Below are positions 58,921-64,000 of a stretch of 64,000 bases of DNA, in pieces (position 1 is the stretch's first letter; each line of letters begins with the position of its first letter). The DNA is from an uncultured Holophagales bacterium (GTDB taxonomy: Bacteria > Acidobacteriota > Thermoanaerobaculia > Multivoradales > UBA5704), in contig CAWJGT010000034.1 of the NCBI GenBank assembly GCA_963842525.1, positions 352,001 through 416,000 on the forward strand. Direction: 5' to 3'. The notes beneath the pieces are model-generated. The model did not search any database. It worked only from the letters and a program-made list of their open reading frames with translations, and was not told where the DNA came from. The position numbers and the translations under genes are program-made.

Positions 58921-61837
58921 TTACCGGCTTTGCGGCAACCGCGAGCGGCGGTAGCGGCCGAGGAAGTGATTCAGGTAGAGGATGAGGAGAATCGCAATGA
59001 GGAGCCAGGTCGAAATCCGGCCTGAGAACGAAACGGGCGGCACCGCGATCCGGCCGCGGGCCAGGCGCGAGCCCACGAGGACGACCAGCTCGCCGCCGTC
59101 CGTGAAGTCGAGGTCGTCGACCGCTCCGGAGGCCGGCAACCCGCCGGTCACGGTGCGCACGTTCCGGGTGCCGGGCCGGTACCCGATCAGGTCCGGCGGC
59201 ACGAACGGCGGCCACGACCACCTGCGGCTTTCCACCCCCGCCCAGACCGTGCCGCGGCGGTCCACCGCAAGGATTGCCACCGGCCGCCTCACGGCACCGA
59301 CTTCCGCGAAACGGGAGCCCGCCCGGAGAGCCCGGCGGGCGACGAACAGGCCTTCCCGGGTGCCCGCCCAGAGGGTTGCGCCGTCGGGAGAGGCAGCGAG
59401 GGCGCGGATCTGCACAGTGCCGGGAAAATCGATCCGGTGGCCGGGCCCGCCGCGGGCCGGCAGGAACCGCACATGGGTCGCGGCACGCCGCATCGCCAGC
59501 CGCGGATCGAGGAGGAAGGCTCGGTCGAGAGCGTTGTAGGCGAGGAAGGCTGAGCCGTCCGGGAGAGCCGCCAGCGCGTCCACCGGACCGGACGGCAGGC
59601 CATCGTCCACCCTCGCCGTGCGCTCGACCACCGGCCTCTCACCCTCGATGCGGACGCGCGCCGCGCCCCCGGCGGTGGCCGCCCACACCGTCCGGCCGCC
59701 GCTGCCGGGAACGGCGGCCAAGGCGTGCACGTCCAGCGAGGGCAGGCCGCGGACGCTGTCGCGGCAGGCTTCTCCTTCCTGAGGCCCGCAGAGCCGGAGA
59801 CCGCCGAACCGCAGAGCCACCCAGACCCGTTCCGCGCCGGCAGGCGCCACATCCCAGACCGGCAGGCCGAACGGGACCGCCGCCACGGCCGGAGGACCGG
59901 TGGCCCGCAGCTCGGTGAAGCTCACGCTGTCGCCACGGCTGCGCACCACGAAGCGGCCTGCGAGGGCGACGCGCGAAGGCGGCGGCGGGACGCGCGGAAA
60001 GGAATGGTCTGGAAACGGGAGGATGCTGAGCGCGCCGGCCTCATCCTGGTCCTCGGCGCCGGCCAGGACCAGGCGAAGGAGACCTCCGTGCGTCGCCAGC
60101 CAGGCGGCTCTTCCCGCCGGATCCGGCAGGATGCGATCGATGTCCCGGAACGGCCGGTCGATGCCGTCATAGGCAGCGATGGTCCTGCCCGCCGCGTCGA
60201 AGCGGTGGAGGAAGGGCCGGTAGTTGCGCACCTCCGTGCCCGGCTGCTGCGGCCCCACGACCGCGCCGGCCATCCATCCGCCCCCCGATGCCTCGACCGC
60301 AAGGGCTCTCACCTCACCGGGCCAGCGTGCAAACCTGCCGGAGCGGACGTCGAAGCGCAGCAGCCCCCTCCGCTGTGTCTCGATCCACAGAGCCCGCCCG
60401 CCGGGCTGAAGGTGGACACGCCGGATCATGTCGCCGCTCGCCGGACTGAGGAGCGGCGTCGAGAACAGCGTGGAGGCTCCGGTCGCGCGGTCGGCGCGGA
60501 GGAGATCTTCCTGCGTGGCGATCCACACGGTCTTCGCCGCCGGATCTTCGAGCAGCGCGAGAGTCGAGCCGTCCGGCCACCTCCCGGGCGGGCGGCCAGG
60601 GGACGAACCGGTCCGCTGCGGGATCGAAGCGGGCGACCCCGCGCGAACCTCCGGCCAGCAGAGCGCCGCCGGCAGGATCGCGACCGAAGTAGGAGACCGA
60701 CCGGCTCGGCAGGCCGTCCGCTTCGCCATAGTTGCGGAACTTCGAGGTCTGGGGATCGAAGCGACTCACCCCCACGCCGTTCACGACGAGCCAGAGCGGA
60801 CCGCCGGCACGTTCCTGGTGGAGGACGGTCACCCAGCCGGGGAGCCCGTCTGCGGCGGTGACCTGCGACCAGCTCCCGGACCGGGGATCGAAACGGATCA
60901 GGCTCCGGTTCGTGGCCAGCCACACCGGACCGCCACCGCGTTCCTGGACGAACGCGGCGACACGGTCGCCTTCCTGCAAGAGGCCGGGAGCCGGAACGGT
61001 GAGCCGGCCCGTTGCCGGATCGAGCCGGACGAGAGAGCCGGAGCCCGCGAGCCACAACGCGCCGCCGGACTCCTGCCAGAGCCCTTCGAGATCGTTCGCC
61101 GGAAACCCGGGACGCCGCAGCAGCGGGGTGACCGCTCCGGTGGCCGCTTCGAGCCGCACGATCCCTGCGCTGGTGGCGAGCCAGACCGGACCACCGGCTG
61201 CGCGATAGAGGGCCTGCACCGTGCCGACCCGCTGTCGGGGCGGGGGGAAGAAACGGGTCTCGCCGGTCGCTGGATCGAGCCGGGCGAGCTGGTTTTCAGC
61301 CCAGGCCCAGAGAGCGCCGCCGGCTCCCTCTTCACGGTAGAGAGCCGAGATCGACATCCCGTCGAGCTTGCCGGGCGCTGCCTTCACCTCCCCAGGCACG
61401 CTGCCACCAAGCTCGGGCTTCCAGGGCCGCTCCGCCGTGGCAACGAGATCCGGAGTCTTACCGCGTCCCTCCGGGGTGAAGTCGATGCGGCCCGTCCGGC
61501 GATCGAAACGGCTCAGCGCCCCATCTGTGCCGAGCCAGAGATCGCCCTCGACATCCAATTGAAAGCTGTGGACGGCGTCGCTGGCGAGACCGTCGCGGGT
61601 GGTGAGGCGCGTCAGGATGCCGGTCCGCGGATCGAAGCGGATCGCGCCGCCGCCGGTCGCAAGCCAGAAAGCTCCCGAGGGCTCCTGATAGACCGTCTCG
61701 ACCGGTTGGACCAACGCCGGTCGGTCCGCGACCGGCACGTCCCAGGGCTCGAGCGGCGCCACCCACTCCAATGCCCGGCATCCTGCCAGGCCGAGAGGGC
61801 CTGCGACGACGATGGCCAGCAAGGCTCTCGTTCGCAT
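58921..61837 (-). CDS. Beta-propeller (Reg_prop-like) lipoprotein with C-terminal TM, frameshift near 60730
   Basis: Lipobox LAGC, repeated G-x-(L/V)W-(L/I)-(A/G)T and DGLPS motifs in ORFs 60314-61837 and 58921-60729, terminal TM WLLIAILLILYL. Confidence 0.75.
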
Positions 61838-61935
61838 GATGGAGGCTCGATCCCAGACAGGTGAAACATGATGATACCACGCGGGCTCCCGGCCGCTTGA
61901 CGCAAGGTCCGCGCGCCCGCAACATTGCGCCTCAC

Positions 61936-62640
61936 ATGACTGCGCAGAGAAAGCTCCTCGGCATCCTCGGCGGCATGGGGCCCCTGGCCTCCGCCGAGCT
62001 CATGACCACGATCTACCGGGTCAGCCGTTTCGACCGCGAGCAGGAGGCGCCGGCCTGCCTCCTCTACTCGGACCCCAGCATCCCCGACCGCACCACCGCC
62101 ATCCTCGCCGGCGACGTTGCGCCAGTGGCCGCCCGGCTCGCCGAGGGGATCGAGGCCCTCCTGCGCCTGGGGGCGCGCCGGGTGGTCATCGCCTGCGTGA
62201 CTGCGCACGGCTGCCTCCCCCACCTGCCGGAGGAGCTGCGGGACAACGTCATCTCCCTCATCGACCTCGTGATCGACGAGGTCGAGGCCAACCCGGGCCG
62301 TTTCCTGCTCCTCGCCACCCGCGGCACCCGGTCCGTGCGCATCTTCCAGGACCACCCCCGCTGGCCGGCGGTCGGGGACCGGGTCGTCCTGCCCGGCGAC
62401 GAGGACCAGCAGCGGATGCACGACTGGCTCTACCGCATCAAGCAGAGCGAGCCTCTGGAGCCCTGCGTCGACTGGCTCCACGCCCTCGCCCGCTCCGAAC
62501 AGGCAGACGGCCTGATCTTCGGCTGTACCGAGCTCCACCTCCTGCACCGGGTCTGGAAGGCCAGCGCGGACGTTCCAGACCTGCGGATCGTCGATCCGCT
62601 GCTCACAGTGGCGCGGGAGCTGCCTCGGCTGATGGCTTGA
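61936..62640 (+). CDS. Aspartate/glutamate racemase family protein
   Basis: LGILGGMGPLAS, IPDRT, IACVTAH, LATRGT, FGCTELH; both catalytic Cys present. Confidence 0.9.
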   Translation: MTAQRKLLGILGGMGPLASAELMTTIYRVSRFDREQEAPACLLYSDPSIPDRTTAILAGDVAPVAARLAEGIEALLRLGARRVVIACVTAHGCLPHLPEELRDNVISLIDLVIDEVEANPGRFLLLATRGTRSVRIFQDHPRWPAVGDRVVLPGDEDQQRMHDWLYRIKQSEPLEPCVDWLHALARSEQADGLIFGCTELHLLHRVWKASADVPDLRIVDPLLTVARELPRLMA

Positions 62641-62666
62641 GCGCCGCAGAATCGCGGCAGGCACTC

Positions 62667-63296
62667 CGTCGCAACAGGCTCATCATCCGATACAGAGTGT
62701 CGACACATTGTCGCAGAGCGAGGCGCGCTGCCGTCGCATTGCGACACTTTGTCGCAGAGAGGCTTCCTCTATTCCGGCGCAAGCTCACACTGGCGCAGCG
62801 TCCGCAAACATTGCGACAGTGTGAGCTTGCAATGTCGCAGCGGCAGCGTACGCTGCGACTGCGGAACGCTCACTGTCGCAGCGCCTCCCGCGCTCCACGG
62901 GACTCTCCCTGCGTTGTCGCAATGAAACAGAGCAATGTCGCAGATGCTTCGCGCATCATCGCGAAATGTCGCTGCATCGTCGCGATGCTTCAACACCTTG
63001 TCGCGATGTCACCTGAGATGTCGCAGTACATGGTGCTTCTGTTGCATCGCTCCCGAGCACTGCCGCAACTCCCGCTGCGCAGGACGACCGCGAGCGGGCA
63101 ATCCGTGAGGAGTTGGTCCCGCTGCGACAAATGGCGGGGGCAGCGGACCGGCGTTACGGCGCCCGTTTCTACTGCAAGCTGACGCTGTCGCAGGGTTAAT
63201 GAGACGCTGCGACAGTGCGAGCTTGCAAACGGCAGGCTCCGCCTTGGCTGCGACACTCAACATCGCTTCAGGGGGGAGCTTCGCGACGTTGCGACA
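62667..63296. repeat. Degenerate 20-21-bp-phased array, core TGTCGCA/TGCGACA in both orientations
   Basis: Cores at 62667, 62709, 62750, 62791, 62812, 62833, 62854, 62874, 62915, 62936, 62978, 62999, 63019, 63040, 63061, 63123, 63186, 63208, 63249 and 63290. Confidence 0.85.
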
Positions 63297-63403
63297 AGCG
63301 GCGCGACTTCGACGGCAGGGAGAAAGACTTTCCTCGTATTCGTCATTCCGAATAGAAGCTGTAGGCTCGTAGGTGAGCGCGAGTCCTGGCGCACCGGACG
63401 GCG

Positions 63404-64000
63404 ATGACAACTCTCGAGCAGCAACCTCCGCCGGCAGGCCCGTTTCGAGGCGAGCCGATCATCCTGGACGGGAGGTACCGGCTGGAGCAACGGCTCGGCG
63501 AAGGCGCGACAGGCGTTGTCTACCGCGCCGTCCACCTCGGCCTGAAGAAGGCCTTCGCCGTCAAGCTGCTGAAGGCGACCTCGGATCCCCTCTCGCTGGC
63601 GCGGTTCCGGAGGGAAGCCGAGGCGCTGGGACAGCTCCGGCACCCGCACGTGGTCGAGGTCACGGATTTCGGGATCGATGACCAGGCGGGCGGAGAGCCC
63701 TACCTCGTGATGGAGCTGCTGGAGGGAATCTCGCTCGCTGACCTCCGTCGCGAGGTGTGCCCTATACCTCTGCCAAGGGCGCTGCCGATCCTGGAGGCGA
63801 TCGCCGCAGCGGTCGACGCCGCCCACGCGCGAGGCATCCTGCACCGCGACCTCAAGCCGGGCAACGTCCTGCTTTCTGCGACAGCGGAGGGCGAGCCGCT
63901 CATCAAGGTCCTGGACTTCGGTCTGGCGGAGATTTCCGGCTCGCCGGGTGTCGCCGGGGACGGAGAGGATCATCGTCCCGACGAGCGCCTGACCACCACG
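63404..64000 (+). CDS. Hanks-type Ser/Thr protein kinase, 3'-truncated by the window edge (absent from the ORF track)
   Basis: Read manually from ATG 63404: LDGRYRLEQRLGEGATGVVY, AVKLL, RFRREAEAL, YLVMELLEG, HRDLKPGN, KVLDFGLA. Confidence 0.93.
   Translation, partial: MTTLEQQPPPAGPFRGEPIILDGRYRLEQRLGEGATGVVYRAVHLGLKKAFAVKLLKATSDPLSLARFRREAEALGQLRHPHVVEVTDFGIDDQAGGEPYLVMELLEGISLADLRREVCPIPLPRALPILEAIAAAVDAAHARGILHRDLKPGNVLLSATAEGEPLIKVLDFGLAEISGSPGVAGDGEDHRPDERLTTT

Noticed and set aside
10548-61837. Frameshifts in about ten genes (near 12077, 14500, 17435, 18125-18185, 26110, 26375, 34430-34860, 35780, 37445, 60730) as mass pseudogenisation or programmed frameshifting
   Set aside because: They are single-base indels, some compensating or in homopolymers, with otherwise intact motifs and no premature in-frame stops. 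Assembly error is the simplest explanation; read polishing is needed to settle it.
61936-62640. Racemase as part of the NRPS cluster
   Set aside because: It lies more than 54 kb from the NRPS with many housekeeping genes in between. In-trans supply of D-Asp/D-Glu is possible but unsupported.
1-64000. tRNA, rRNA, integrase, transposase or reverse transcriptase genes
   Set aside because: None recognised by eye. tRNAscan-SE, Infernal and HMM searches would be needed to exclude small or divergent ones.

Overview
High-GC bacterial chromosomal segment. Gene content and intergenic repeat style suggest an Acidobacteriota/Thermoanaerobaculia-like organism (inference only). About ten genes carry single-base frameshifts, which points to long-read assembly indels rather than real pseudogenes. 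From left to right: (1) the end of an NRPS cluster, with a DCL-type C-A(Tyr-like code)-T module followed by a degenerate Cy/pseudo-A/T protein fused to an MFS exporter, no thioesterase, and a DUF3326 gene; (2) a 5.6-kb segment bounded by a 43-bp direct repeat, carrying EamA, a TIR-NB-ARC-TPR gene and a hypothetical gene; (3) sbnAB (L-Dap synthesis) with a divergent tandem-HTH regulator; (4) housekeeping and secreted enzymes; (5) an accessory block (~26.7-35.4 kb) holding a secreted protein with His-x4-Ser/Thr-Trp-Pro-Pro tail repeats, an uncharacterised secreted partner, a wHTH/pseudo-cyclase/AAA/TPR regulator, a membrane TIR protein, a sigma-factor fragment and a duplicated heptamer-repeat promoter; (6) lhgO-pdxH, imuAB without dnaE2, typA, cyanophycin cphBA, an Asp/Glu racemase and a Ser/Thr kinase running off the right edge. 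Four intergenic arrays with different short cores phased at 20-21 bp, often flipping orientation while keeping phase, are the least explained sequence structure. No rRNA, tRNA, CRISPR array, integrase or transposase was recognised.
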